A stretch of 64,000 nucleotides of DNA from Leucoraja ocellata (GCA_036785375.1 JAWMAR010000105.1:5456001-5520000), one strand, 5' to 3'; shown: positions 1-12,978, counted from the first letter of the stretch. Numbers and translations: made by a program. Notes: a model not told the origin generated them from the sequence alone.

Positions 1-467
1 CCATTGTTGGCTGTGAAAGGGGTGACAAAGGGAAGTGAACAGTGGAACTAGCAGCACAACTCGGGTGGGGAGAGAGATGGAGAGATATCAAAACATATGA
101 CAATAAAATACTCTTAACTCTTATCTTTCGTGTTGCAGGAACGACAAATAGATGTGTGCTCTGTGCTGTCTGGTCTTCTAACTCCACTCCGTCATTCAGT
201 TATGATGTGGCTGATTGGTTTGCCTCAAGTCCGGCTTCTTGTTCAGTGACCATACCCCCTCATTGCATTAGGATCAAAAATTCTATCAACCAATGCACAC
301 GGTGACTCAGGCACATAATATAGAACTCCAAATACTCACAACCCTCAGGGTAAAGAAATGTTTGCTCATCCTGGCGTCAAATGGCCAGCCATGCACAATG
401 TTCCAGAGCTCAAGGGTGTATCTCTCATTATGTTAAATGGATGTTCGGAAATCACTGTAGTTTGGTG

Positions 468-880
468 CAGGTCCACCATCGACTTTCCGACATCCTTGGT
501 TCCAGAGCCTTTCTGGATTATCCGTTTTGCCAGACCAACAGATGTCACGGGTCTTCGAGATGAGTCCAATGATATCGGAATGGTCCACGCAGGCCGCTGA
601 GGAGCTGAGACACCGGCCCGCAAAGTCGGCCTCGGAAATCGGGAATGGGAATGGGAATGGGAATGGGAATGGGAATGGGAATGGGAATGGGAATGGGAAT
701 GGGAATGGCAATGGGAATGGCAATGGCAATGGGAATGGGAATGAATTTGCCAGCTCTGGCTGGGCCGGAGTTCCAGAGCTTCGGCCACAGGAGGCAGATT
801 CGACCCACAGATTTAATCGGTTAGTCCGATTTAAAAGAGGCGCCGGACCACCAATTGCTGGAAAATCGGTGGTGGCCCTG
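468..880. mobile_element. pogo/Tigger-like (Tc1/mariner) MITE
   Basis: Imperfect TIRs caggtccaccatcgactttcc and ggaaaatcggtggtggccctg; right flank TA, left flank TG. Confidence 0.6.
641..742. repeat. (GGGAAT)n microsatellite
   Basis: About 17 GGGAAT/GGCAAT units; the source of the spurious GN, HS, PF and PI ORFs. Confidence 0.97.
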
Positions 881-1901
881 TAATTACTCGCTTAGCTCAA
901 TTGACAGCACTGCAGAGCCGGGTGATGGTGATTTCAGGACTCCGAGAATGAGCATAAAATCTCATCTCATGATGTAGTTCTGAGGGAGCGCAGCCTTTTG
1001 GAGTTCTTTTCAATAAGTGGTGAAGGCAAGGCTTTGGTAGCCAGCGTTGGACCGGGCAACACAGTGATGCAGCTGTTAATACCACTGCACAACTCCAGCA
1101 AACCAAGTTCAATCCTGACGTCGGGTGCTGTCCGTGTGGAGATTCCATGTACTCCCAGTGATCACGTGGATTTCCACAGGTGCTCCGGTTTCCGCTCACA
1201 TCCCAAATGCACAGGTACGTTGATTAGGCACCAAACATTGCCCCTCGTATAGGAAGTAGCAGGAAAAGCAGGGTCAGTTGATGTCCTGTGGGAGGGAATG
1301 GGTTACGTAGAAATAAGTGGGAGAATGGGGCTGATAGGATGCTCATGAGACTGCATTGACTTAATGGGCTGAATGGCCACCTTCTGCCCCACAAGAAACA
1401 CGAGAATATGGAAAATGTTCTTCTGGTGTTCTAACCATCACCTTAGAAGCACCTTGCCTGGTCGAGAGGGTTATTTTCTACGGGAAAACAGTTAATAATA
1501 CATGTTTAGGAGAGAGGAGCTGAAGTGAGTGAAATTCACTGAATCTCTGATCTTCTGCTTTGTTTTAAAGGGGCATAACTTTTTTTTAATGGGACTTGCA
1601 GCCCTCAAATACCAAAAGTAGTGTAACAATGAAAGATAAATGAAAAGTCTCTAAATATTTAAAAAAAAATGAACACTTTTGACAAGCCAACATCGGACAT
1701 TTCTCTATAAATTACTTATACGCTTCTGTCAGAAACTCACTGTCCAGATTTCCTGAGGCTGATTAGCAGCTGAGGGGCAGCTACCAGTGGAATGCCCCAG
1801 AAATACAGACAGTTCAAGAAAGAAGAGGTGAAAGCTTATAGGATTAAACGAGGAATTTTGTTATTTGTTTCTCGTTTGAGAATGTGGGTATCACCGCAAA
1901 A

Positions 1902-2180
1902 AGGGCAGTGGTAGAGTTGCTGCCTTACAGCGCCAGAGATATGGGTTCGATCCTGACCACGGGTGCTCTCTGTATGAAGTTTGTACATTCTCCCTGCTAC
2001 GGTGTGGGTTTTCTCCAGGGGTTCCGGTGTCCTTCCACACTCCAAAGACGTACTGGTTAAATTGTAAATTGTCCCCAGTGGGCGTAGGATGGTGTTAGTG
2101 TGCGGGGATTTCTGGTCAGCGCGGACTTAGTGGGCCGAAGGGCCTGTTTCTGCGTTGTATCTCTAAACTATACTAAACTT
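1902..2180 (+). mobile_element. tRNA-derived V-SINE (HE1-like)
   Basis: A/B-box head (gtggtagag...ggttcgatcc), V-domain core, CR1-type tail gggccgaagggcctgtttc...(taaac)n. Confidence 0.85.
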
Positions 2181-2914
2181 AGTTGCACTTGCGAGGCCAA
2201 TTAAGAGTCCATCATACTGCCAGGGGTTTGGAGTCCTATATACATCAGTACATTAGATGGGTTTTTAATGACAATCTGGAAGTTATGTGTCATGATTACC
2301 AAGATTATTTTTTGATTAATTCTGTATTATTAACTGAAGTTAAATTCCATAATGAGATTTGAACTCCATTCTCTGGACGACTGATCTAGCAGCGCCAATA
2401 TTACATCCGCTGCCTGAATAATCTTTGCTTAACTTGAGATAGTTTTCAGGTCAATTAAAAATGTAATCTAATGGAACAATTTTGCAGCCATTCAAAATGT
2501 GAAATGCAGAAGAAAAAAAAACATGAGTGTCTCCATCACAACATCAATGATGAACCGGAGTATGTGAAGGATAAAGTTTAGTTTCGTTTAGTGTCACGTT
2601 TACCGAGGTACATGAAACACTTTTCTTACATGATAGCCAGTCAGCGGAAAGACAGCACATGATTACAATCGAGTCATCCACAGTGTACAGATATATGATG
2701 AGTTTTAAAAGAGTGGAACGATGCCTGCTTGCACGATGCCTGTGACCAACACACTAAGAGTCACCTGGTTTGGGCACCATCTTGGGTGTAATAACTGGGA
2801 TTAATGAGGGATTAGTGTAAAGTGAGTGCTTGATGGTCGGCATGGACTCAATGGGCTGAAGGGCCTATTTCTCTTTTGTTCAGGAATACAAGAGTTCCTT
2901 TGTGGTGTTTTATA

Positions 2915-3480
2915 TTTAGGTACATGGATAGGAAAGGTTTAGAGGGATATGGACCAAACAGGCTGATGGGACCAACATGCGTGGGGCATCTTGGTGGGCA
3001 CAGCGCCAAGGACCCGGATTCGATCCTGACTACGGGTGCTGCCTGTACGGAGTTTGTACTTTCTCCCCATGACCACGTGGGTTTTCTCCGAGATCTTCAG
3101 TTTCCTCCCAAACCCAGCCATGATCACATTGAATGGTGGTGCTGGCTTGAAGGGCCAAATGGCCTACTCCTGCACCTATTGTCTCTTGACTCCAAAGACG
3201 TACAGGTTTGTAGGTTAATTAACTTGGTGTATGTGTAAATTGTCCGTAGTGTGTAGGATTGTGTTAATGCGCGGGAATTGCTGGGGTGCTCGAGTTTTCT
3301 CCCACCCTCCAAAGACGTGCATGTTTGTAGGTTAATTGGCTTCGGTAAAATTGTAATTTGTCCCTCGTGTGTCGTATAGTGCTAGTGCATGGGGTGATCA
3401 TTGGCCGGCACAGGCCAGTGATCCGAAGGGCCTGTTTCCGCACTGTATAACTTTATGACTATGACTATGACTAACTCTGT
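2915..3480 (+). mobile_element. Composite of nested V-SINE and CR1 3'-end fragments
   Basis: V-domain repeated twice and interrupted by a CR1 3' UTR piece (~3115-3185). Confidence 0.7.
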
Positions 3481-3859
3481 GACTCTGTCCACTGAACTGT
3501 AGACATCAATCTAACTCATTAAAATTTTTGATAAAAACAGTCCTCTGTAATTTACTAACAACCATCTGCTGAACATACAGGTTCATAGGCAATTTCAACC
3601 TTGTCAAAGACTATCCGAAGATGATATCAGCAGCCCACATTCTTTGTGGAAACATCATCGGCATGTGGAGTTTCCAGGCAGGTTCAAGCCTGGTGAATTC
3701 TCCTTAGCAGCTACGTTCAAGCATGACTCCATTGGCCACCTGCCCAATTTTGACACGCAAAATCTTCTGCATCAGAGAGTCTTGGGTGCATTTTACACCT
3801 CAGAGACTTGAGCTTCAGACTGCCTTTTATCAGCGCATGTTGGCCGTCTTAGCAAGAAG

Positions 3860-4380
3860 CTAGGAGCAAAGAGGTCTTACTGCAATTGTGCAGGACCCTG
3901 GTGAGACCACACCTGGAGTATTGAGTCCTGCTCTAGTCTCCTAATTTGAGGAAGGACATGCTTGCTATTGAGGGAGTGCAGCGTGGGTTCACCAGCTTAA
4001 TCCGGGGATGACTGACATATGATGAAAGAATGGATCGACTGGGCTTATATTCATTGGAATTTAGATGAGAGGGGATCTTATAGAAATATATATATATTTC
4101 TTAAGGGATTGGACAGGCTAGATGCAGGAAAAATGTTCCCGATGTTGGGGGAGTCCAGAACCAGGGGTCACAGTTTAAGAATAAGGGGTAGGCCAATTAG
4201 GACTTAGATAAGGAAAAAGCATTTTCACCTGGAGAGTTGTGAATCTGTGGAATTCTCTGCCACAGAAGGCAGTGGAGGCCAATTCCCTGGATGTTTTCAA
4301 GAGAGAGTTAGATTTAGCTCTAATTTGGGATGATCAGCCATGATCATATTGAAATGACGGTGCTGGCTCGAAGGGCCAAA
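3860..4380 (+). mobile_element. CR1 LINE 3' fragment (degenerate RT C-terminus)
   Basis: LVRPHLEY ... KGLDRLDAGKMFPMLGESRTRGHSLRI remnants and CR1 3' UTR. Confidence 0.85.
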
Positions 4381-4508
4381 TGGCAATGGAGGCAGGCGCA
4401 AGATAGAAAGGTCAATATGGGGATGGGAAGGGGAGTTAAAGTGTTTGGAAAGTTGGTTCTTCCTCTCCCTGGCTGAGCGCATAGATGCTGATCCTGGTTC
4501 AAAGATCC

Positions 4509-4720
4509 TAGTTTAGAGATACAGTGCAGAAACAGGCCCTTTGGCCCACCAAGACTGTGCCGACTGGCGATCCCTGCTAACACTATCCTACACACACTAA
4601 CGATGATTTACAATTTTACCAAAGCCAATTAGCCTACAAACCTGCACGTCTTTGGAGTGTGGGAGGAAACCCAAGTGGTCACAGGGAGAACGTATAAACT
4701 CCGTACAGACAGCACCCATT
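4509..4720 (-). mobile_element. V-SINE fragment
   Basis: Reverse complement of the SINE tail and V-domain. Confidence 0.75.
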
Positions 4721-4879
4721 GTGAAGAACACGGTGGACAGCTATGATAAGATCAGCTAACTTGACACAAACCACAGGCAGATTGTGGGTCTTAGTGATTC
4801 ACTCCCTCCCTGCTCCCAGCCCCAAAACCCAGCCTGGCTGTGTGGGAGGAATGTCTGATCTCTGCTCTAATTAATACTC

Positions 4880-5188
4880 CTAGAGTCATAGCGTCATAGA
4901 GTGATACAGTGTAAGAACTGGCTCTTTGGCCCTAACATGTCCCAGCTACACTAGTCCCACCTACCTGCGCTTGGTCCATATCCCTCCAAACCTGTCCTAT
5001 CCATGTACCTGTCTAACAGTTTCTTAAACGTTGGGATAGTCCCAGCCTCAAATATCTCCTCTGGCAGCTTGTTCCATACACCCACCACCCTTTGTGTGAA
5101 AAAGTTACCCCTCAGAGTCCTATTAAATCTTTCCCCCTTCACCTTGAACCTATGTCCTCTGGTCCTCGATTCCCCTGCTCTGGGCAAG
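4880..5188 (-). mobile_element. CR1 LINE 3' end
   Basis: ORF 4951-5187 GESRTRGHRFKV...FFTQRVVGVWNKLP. Confidence 0.88.
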
Positions 5189-5391
5189 CAAGAAGAAGAT
5201 CTATTCCCCTCACATCAATAGTTTAGCCTCAGAAGGAAGTGAGCGATGGGAAGAGACAATGGTGCCCATCCAGGGCGATATGGATACACGTAATCATAGT
5301 CACCCTCTAATCTTGACCAAGTTGTTCAATGATTCAGAGAACTTGTTTTAGGAACTTGTTTAAGGCGTGAAAAATGCAGCAACCACACGGT

Positions 5392-5529
5392 CTTCTTCTT
5401 GCGTGTGGCGTGCACAGCCTAAAGTTGTAGGACAACTTGTTCTAATTGATCTTATTTGATTGTGCACGCCGGGTTGATTGCATTCTTCGAAACAAGGCGG
5501 ACCACGTGAAGGTTGCAATCTCCCACCCC
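5392..5529 (-). mobile_element. ~138-nt ribozyme-capped SINE-like retroelement, copy A
   Basis: Near-identical to 63864-64000. Has an (AAG)3 tail and flanking direct repeats aaccacacggt (5381-5391) and agccacagggt (5530-5540), 9/11 identical. Confidence 0.75.
5476..5529 (-). ncRNA. Second copy of the HDV-like ribozyme, with the catalytic C replaced by A
   Basis: Minus strand reads GGGGTGG GA GATTGCA ACC TTCACGT GGT CCGCCTT G TTTCGA AGAA TGCAATC. P3 is intact; J4/2 CGAA is AGAA at 5486. Confidence 0.75.
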
Positions 5530-5920
5530 AGCCACAGGGTGAGGAACAATCACGGTACGAGTTTCCAACCAAGTCAAGTCAAGTCACATTTATTTATATA
5601 GCACATTTAAAAAACAACTCTCGTTGGCCAAAGTGCTTTACATTTGTTATGAGAATAGCACAACAAAACAAACTACATACATATATACATGTAGCCCTCA
5701 CTCAGAGGACGTCAGGAAAGGCTGGTAAACCAGGCGAGGTTTACACCATAATATTTCGTGCATGAGTCAATGATACTGCCTGAGATTATGACACACCTCA
5801 GTGCTTCAGGATGCACACCCACACATGTCTCACGGCAATCGGCTGATGGAAAATGTCTGAAGAATCCTGTTTCAACAACGCTCCACTTGAGTACCATTTC
5901 TGAAGTGTTTCTCAACTACA

Positions 5921-5977
5921 GGAGTGGCGCAGCGGTACAGTTGCTGCTGCCAGAGACCCCGGTTCGATCCTGACTAT
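5921..5977 (+). mobile_element. 5' head of a V-SINE split by a CR1 insertion
   Basis: gtggcgcagcggtacagttgctgc...ggttcgatcctgacta; continues at 8131. Confidence 0.7.
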
Positions 5978-6800
5978 AACCATATAACCATATAACCATA
6001 TAACAATTACAGCACGGAAACAGGCCATCTCAGCCCTACAAGTCCATGCCAAACAATTATTTTCCCTTAGCCCCACCTGCCTGCACTCATACCATAACCC
6101 TCCATTCCCTTCTCATCCATATGCCTATCCAATTTATTTTTAAATGATACCAACGAACCTACCTCCACCACTTCCACTGGAAGCTCATTCCACACCACTA
6201 CCACTCTCTGAGTAAAGAAGTTCCCCCTCATGTTACCCCTAAAGTTCTGTCCCTTAATTCTGAAGTCATGTCCTCTTGTTTGAATCTTCCCTATTCTCAA
6301 ATGGAAAAGCTTGTCCACATCAACTCTGTCTATCCCTCTCATCATTTTAAAGACCTCTATCAAGTCCCCTCTTAACCTTCTGCGCTCCAGGGAATAAAGA
6401 CCTAACATTCAACCTTTCTCTGTAACTTAGTTGTTGAAACCCAGGCAACATTCTAGTGAATCTCCTCTGTACTCTCTCTATTTTGTTGACATCCTTCCTA
6501 TAATTGGGCGACCAAAATTGTACACCATACTCCAGATTTGGTCTCACCAATGCCTTGTACAATTTTAACATTACATCCCAGCTTCTATACTCAATGCTCT
6601 GATTTATAAAGGCTAGCATACCAAAAGCTTTCTTTACCACCCAATCTATATGAGATTCCACCTTCAAGGAACTATGCACGGTTATTCCCAGATCCCTCTG
6701 TTCAACTGTATTCTTCAATTCCCTACCATTTACCATGTACGTCCTATTTTGATTTGGCCTGCCAAGGTGTAGCACCTCACATTTATCAGCATTAAACTCC
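5978..6800 (-). mobile_element. Young 5'-truncated CR1 LINE (copy 1 of a tandem pair)
   Basis: ORFs 6347-6817 and 6067-6408 (frameshifted RT C-terminus); (TATAACCA)n tail. Confidence 0.92.
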
Positions 6801-8125
6801 ATATAACCATATAACAATTACAGCACAGAAACAGGCCATCTCGACCCTTCTAGTCCGTGCCGAACACATAATCTCTCCTAGTCCCATATACCTGCGCTCA
6901 GACCATAACCCTCCATGCCCTTCCCATCCATATAACTATCCAATTTATTTTTAAATGATAAAAACGAACCTGCCTCCACCACCTTCACTGGAAGCTCATT
7001 CCACACAGCTACCACTCTCTGAGTAAAGAGGTTCCCCCTCATGTTACCCCTAAACTTCAGTCCCTTAATTCTCATGTCATGTCCCCTTGTTTGAATCTTC
7101 CCTACTCTCAGTGGGAAAAGCTTTTCCACGTCAACTCTGTCTATCCCTCTCATCATTTTAAAAACCTCTATCAAGTCCCCCCTTAACCTTCTGCGCTCCA
7201 AAGAATAAAGCCCTAACTTGTTCAACCTTTCTCTGTAACTTAGTTGCTGAAACCCAGGCAACATTCTAGTAAATCTCCTCTGTACTCTCTCTATTTTGTT
7301 GACATCCTTCCTATAATTAGGCGACCAAAATTGTACACCATACTCCAGAATTGGCCTCACCAATGCCTTATACAATTTTAACATTACATCCCAACTTCTA
7401 TACTCAATGCTCTGATTTATAAAGGCCAGCACACCAAAAGCTTTCTTTACCACCCTATCTACATGAGATTCCACTTTCAGGGAACTGTGCACAGTTATTC
7501 CCAGATCCCTCTGTTCACCTACATTCTTCAATTCCCTACCATTTACCATGTACGTCCTATTTTGATTTGTCCTGCCAAGATGTAGCACCTCACACTTATC
7601 AGCATTAAACTCCATCTGCCATCTTTCAGCCCACTCTTCCAACTGGCATAAATCACTCTGTAGACTTTGGAAATCCTCTTCATTATCCACAACACCCCCT
7701 ATCTTGGTATCATCTGCATACTTACTAATCCAATTTACCACACCTTCATCCAGATCATTGATGTACATGACAAAGAACAAAGGACCCAACACAGATCCCT
7801 GAGGCACCCCACTAGACACCTGCCTCCAACCCGACAAACAGCCATCCACCATTACCCTCTGGCGTCTCCCATTCAGCCACTGTTGAATCCATCTTGCTAC
7901 TCCTGCATTTATACCCAACAGTTGAACCTTCTTAACCAACCTTCCATGAGGAACCTTGTCAAAGGCCTTACTAAAGTCCATATAGACAACATCCACTGCT
8001 TTACCCTCGTCAATCTCCCTAGTAACCTCTTCAAAAAATTCAAGAAGATTAGTCAAACATGACCTTCCAGGCACAAATCCATGTTGACTGTTCCTAATCA
8101 GACCCTGTTTATCCAGATGCTTATA
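6801..8125 (-). mobile_element. Young 5'-truncated CR1 LINE with an uninterrupted 398-aa RT fragment
   Basis: ORF 6878-8074: SCLTNL...DFSKAFDKVPH...SGVPQGSVLGP...KYADDTK...; same tail as copy 1. Confidence 0.95.
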
Positions 8126-8130
8126 TATCT

Positions 8131-8378
8131 ATGGGTGCTGTCGGTACGGAGTTTGTACGTTCTGACCTGTGACCACGTGGGTTTTCCTCGGGTGCTCTGG
8201 TTTTCCTCCCACCCTCCAAAGACGTGCAGGTTTGTTGGTTAATTGACTTTGGTAAAAATTGTAAATTGTCCCTAGTGTGTAGAATAGTGCTGGTGTACGA
8301 GGGGATCGCTGGTCGGCGCGGACTCAGTGGGCCGAAGGGCCCGTCTCCACGCTGTATCTATGATGTCTAGAGTCTAAA
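8131..8378 (+). mobile_element. 3' part of the split V-SINE
   Basis: tgggtgctgtcggtacggagtttgtacg... through the CR1-type tail. Confidence 0.8.
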
Positions 8379-9264
8379 GAGTGTTCACCAAAGGTCCCAC
8401 AGCAGTACAGCAAACACTGGTTATTACGGACCTCTTGATAGCGGATTTTGGTTATATTGGGCCTACCGACCACTGCCAGGCAGGACTGCTGACAGCGACC
8501 CCGGCCCTTACCGCCTCTCCAGCCGCAGCCAGGACAGACCTATCGCCGGCCTTCACTTCCAGGCCACGCCTACCGCCACCACCACGACCCTCACCTGCAC
8601 ACCAGCCGCCCTCGAACCGAGGCCAGTGACTCCACCCACTCTCGCCTCAAATCACCTGGGTCCCAGGTCCAGTTTCAGACTAAGAGTTTGAAAAAGGGTC
8701 TCTACTCGATAAGTCAACAATCCATATTCTCCAGAGATGCTGCCTGACCTGCTGAGTTACTCCAGCACTTTGTGTGTTAACCCAACACCTGCAGTTCTTT
8801 GTTTCAACTACTTACAATGATACTGCCTTACTCCACTTTCCTTTAGCCTGCCACTCAGTGCTGCATCAATGGTTCAACAGTGCTTTCTTTCTCGCATGTG
8901 CATCTGCACAGTGTCATTCGTCTTGTGCATGCAGGCACAGCCATGTTTTGGCACCATTTCCAAAGTCCAAAGTCCAAAAAACCTCTTTCAAACATCCATT
9001 CACCTTCTCTGCTCTAAAAGGAATCTCGCAGTTCCCCTCTCTAACTTTGTGGCAGTATGTTCCCGTTACTGGAACCATTCTGGTGAACATTTTTTACACC
9101 TTGTCTACAGCTTTCATAAAATGTTGTGACTCGAGTTATTTCAACCCTCCACTTGTGGCGTGACTCTTAGCTGGTTTAAGTTCAACATAAGTTTCCTGCT
9201 TTTGTATTCCACTGAATCACAGGATCCAGGCTGCTTTTGTAACGACTTTCTTTCAAACATCCTT

Positions 9265-10075
9265 GAGTTTAGAGGTTGGGATGTTATGTTACAATTGTAC
9301 AAGATGTCGGTGAGGCCGCATTTGGGTTCAGTATTGTGTTCAGTTGTGGTCACCCTCCTATGGGAAGGTTGTCATTAAGCTGGAAGGAGTGCAGAGAATA
9401 TTTACAAGGATGTTGCCAGGACTCGAGGGCCTGATCTATAGAGGGAGGCTGGGCAGGATAGGACTTTATACCTTGGAGCACAGGGGGTGATCTTATAGAG
9501 GTGTAAAAGATACATAGATAGAAACATAGAAAATAGATGCAGGAGGAGGCCCTTCGGCCCTTCGAGCCAATTCATTGTGATCATGGCTGATCGTACCCAA
9601 TCGACAACCCATGCCTGCCTTCTCCCCGTATCCCTTGATTCCACTATCCCCTAGAGCTCTATCTAACTCTCTCTTAAATCCATCCAGTGACTTGGCCTCC
9701 ACTGCCCTCTGTGGCAGGGAATTCCACATCATGAGGGGAATAGATAGGGTGAACGCAGAGAGTCTTTTATCCAGATAAGCGGAAATCAAGCACGAGAAGA
9801 CATAGGTGTAAGGTGGGCAGGGAAAGATTTAATAAGAACTTGAGGGGAAAACCTTTTCACATAGAGGGTAGTGGGTATATGGAACGAGCTGGCAGAGGAG
9901 GTAGTTGAGGCAGATACTATAACATTAAAAAAATCATGAAGACAGATGCATGGATAGGAAAGGTTTAGATGGATATGAGCCAAACGTGGGCAGGAGCGAC
10001 CAGTATTGATGGGGCATCTTGGTAGGCAAGGGCAGGTTGGGCCGAAGGGCCTGTTCCCCTGCTGTTTGACTATAG
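9265..10075 (+). mobile_element. CR1 fragment with a nested antisense CR1 3' end (~9512-9728)
   Basis: RT remnants LQLYK..VRPHL and the 3' UTR, interrupted by an opposite-strand CR1 tail. Confidence 0.75.
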
Positions 10076-10567
10076 CTTAGCCTGCCATGCTCAAAGATTT
10101 TACACATACACCCCTGCACACCCTCTGGAACTGCACCTCTAAGTTCTACACTTTCTCCCAACATTTCCCCTTGTACAAATGCCTAAAACATTTGCTTTGC
10201 AATGAACTGTTTTACTTTCCAATGTTTGATGATGACTTGGGCATTGAGTCATTCAGCAAGGAGACATGCCCTTTGGCCCAACCTGTCCACACTGACCAAG
10301 ATGCCCCATCTAAGCTAGTCCAATTGGTTGAGGCAGAGTGAATAGAGGGGAAGACACAAAATGCTGGAGTAATGCAGTGGGATAGGCGGCATCTCTGGAG
10401 AGAAGGAATGGGCGACTGCGAGTCAGCGGAGAGGGAGACACATAGATATGGGAAGGGAAGGTGTGAAAACGAGACATCAAAGGGGACAAAGTTCAAGGAA
10501 AATGTAGCTAGGGAAGGATAAAATTTGTATAGTGGGAAACTGGTCCCATTTGTAGATGGTTCATGAA

Positions 10568-11130
10568 TCATAGAACATAGAACATAGAACAGTACAGCAA
10601 AGGACCAGGCCCTTCAGCCCACAGTATCTGTGTTGAACATGATGCCGAGTTAAACTAATCTCCTCTGCCGGCACGTGATCTATATCCTTGCATTGCTTGC
10701 ATGTTCATGCGCCTGTCCAAATGCTCCTTAAATGCCAATATCATATCTGCTTCCACTACCACCCCTGGCAGCAAGTTCCAGGCATCCACCATTCTCCGAG
10801 ACTTGTCCCGCACATCTCCTTTAAACCTTGCCCCTCTCACCTGAAAGCTATAACTTCTAGTCTCTGACATTTCTACCCTGGGGACAAATCTGTCTATCAT
10901 CTCTTTGCCTCTCATAATTGTATGTACCTCTGTCAGATCTCTCCTCAGCCTCCGATGTTCCAGAGGAAAAAAATCCATGTTTGTCCAGTTTCTCCTTAGA
11001 GCTAATATCTTTTAATCCAGCCAGCATGCTGGTAAAACTCTTCAGCGTCACCTCCAAAACATCCACAACATTACTGAAATGGGGGTAACCAGAACTGCAT
11101 GCAATACTCCAAAGGCTGCATAACCAAGGT
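10568..11130 (-). mobile_element. CR1 LINE 3' fragment
   Basis: ORF 10655-10978 LEHRRLRRDL...WNLLPGVVVEA; (ATAGAAC)n tail. Confidence 0.8.
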
Positions 11131-11265
11131 CATGGGCACAGATGTAACATTTGGGTCAAAAGACACAGTGTGGACGCGAGGAGAAGTTTTTTTAAAAAAC
11201 AAAGAGCGTTTGAGACCTCAAGCACAATGAAAGAATGATTACCCGAAAAAAAAAATCAACAAGGG

Positions 11266-11590
11266 TTTTAGTTTAGTTTAGCTTGAATTAGTTTAGTTTA
11301 GAGATACAGCGCAGACATAGGCCCTTTGGCCCACTAAGTCTGTGTTGACCAGAGATCCCCATGCACTAACAATATCCTACAAACACTAGGGATATTTGAC
11401 AATTTTACCAAGCCAGTTAGCCTATAAACCTGTACGTCTGGACTGTGGGAGGAAACCAGAGCACCCGCAGAAAACTCACACGGTTCACGTGGAGAACGTG
11501 CAAACTCCGTATAGACAGCGTCCGTAGCCAGGATTGAATCCGGGTCTCTGGCATTGTAAGGCAGTAACTCTACCGCTGCGCCTCCGTGCC
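11266..11590 (-). mobile_element. V-SINE
   Basis: (tttag)n tail, V-domain and tRNA head on the minus strand. Confidence 0.85.
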
Positions 11591-12978
11591 TGGGAATCTA
11601 AAGGGATTTATATTGGATGGAAAATCATATTTGGGGATAACGGGATGGGATGGGTCAGATGGGATTGCTGTGCCAAGAACACTACACACTCAGTGGGCCA
11701 GATGCTCCCTTTCTATGCCAAAGCAATTCATTGATTCTGTAGCAAACAAAGGCTAACCAGGTTAACTTAGTTAACCTAGTTCACCAGGTTAGTACCGTAC
11801 AAGCTCATTCGATGGTGAATGAGCAATTACAGAACTGTAAAGCAGAAATAGCTGGGCACAAATCAAGTATAATAATGGAGAGAGCACCTAGGGTCAAAGA
11901 GAGAAAATAATTTCTTGACAAATTCCTGGTACAAACTTGAGTGGAGTTTGGCAGATGACAGAGAGTGCAAGTTTCATTTGAAAAATGAAAAGCAGAGAGG
12001 TTGCGTATAAGGAATGATTAGCTGATCCCAAAATCTGTTATGAACAAAAAGAGGATGGAAATATAATTAATTTAAATGGTAATCTTCTTGTCGGGCAGTA
12101 GGATTGAGGTCCTGAATGAATATTCATGAGTTCATCAGTCATAGGAACAGAATGAGGCCATTGGGCCTGTCGAGTCTACTCCACCGAGTCTACTGCACCA
12201 ATTCTTTTTTTTTTAATGGGGATGAAATGGGTGAAGAGGAACAGAGAGATTAGGGAAGCTGGAATTGTTCCCCTCAGGGACCACAAAGTTAAGGGGAGAG
12301 CAACATATTTGAGCACTTCTTTCACAAGTTATAGGAAGAGACTGCTCCCCCTGGCAATGTGGACCACTATTCAGAAATCATGGGTTTAACGTAGAAAGCA
12401 GACATGCCCGATAGGAAATGAGAAGAATTTCTTTACAAAGGACTATTAAGATGTACACCGCACTATTCAGAAAGCAGTGGAAGCCGATTTTCTCGGGGAT
12501 TTGAGAAAACAAGACAACAATTGCAGAGAAGGTGGACACGAAGTTGCTGGAATAACAGGCAGCGTCTTAGGAGGGAAGGAATGGGCGACATTTCAGGTCG
12601 AGACCCTTCTTCAGACTGATGTCAGGGGAGGGGCAGCAACATCCTCTCTCACTGCACCCCCTCTGTGCTCCTCTCTGCGACGATTGAAGAGAATTCACTT
12701 TCGGGGCACTGGAAAAAATGGACTAAATCCTCACCACGTTCATCCGAAAGGAAAGGTCTTTACAGGCAAATGGGATTTACCTAGATGGCAAACAGGTTAC
12801 AATGAAGTTGGTGGGCCGAAGGGCCTGCTTCTACCCTGTACCACTCTAGCACTCTAGTACAGGCAGTGGCTTGATGGGCCAAATGGTATTGATATTGATA
12901 TTGCTTTATTAATATTGTAGAGCTGCATTTCCACTTAGGTTGCTAGCTCTAAAAGAGTAGTACAGAATCTGGCGTAGT

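Noticed and set aside
121-305. Plus-strand acceptor-like site (ctttcgtgttgcag) and ORF 42-305
   Set aside because: No recognisable protein in any frame and no partner exons identified.
366-883. ORFs with HS, PF, GN and PI dipeptide runs
   Set aside because: They are translations of the (GGGAAT)n microsatellite.
6878-8074. 398-aa reverse transcriptase as a host gene or novel RT system
   Set aside because: It is an ordinary 5'-truncated CR1 ORF2 fragment with a CR1 tail.
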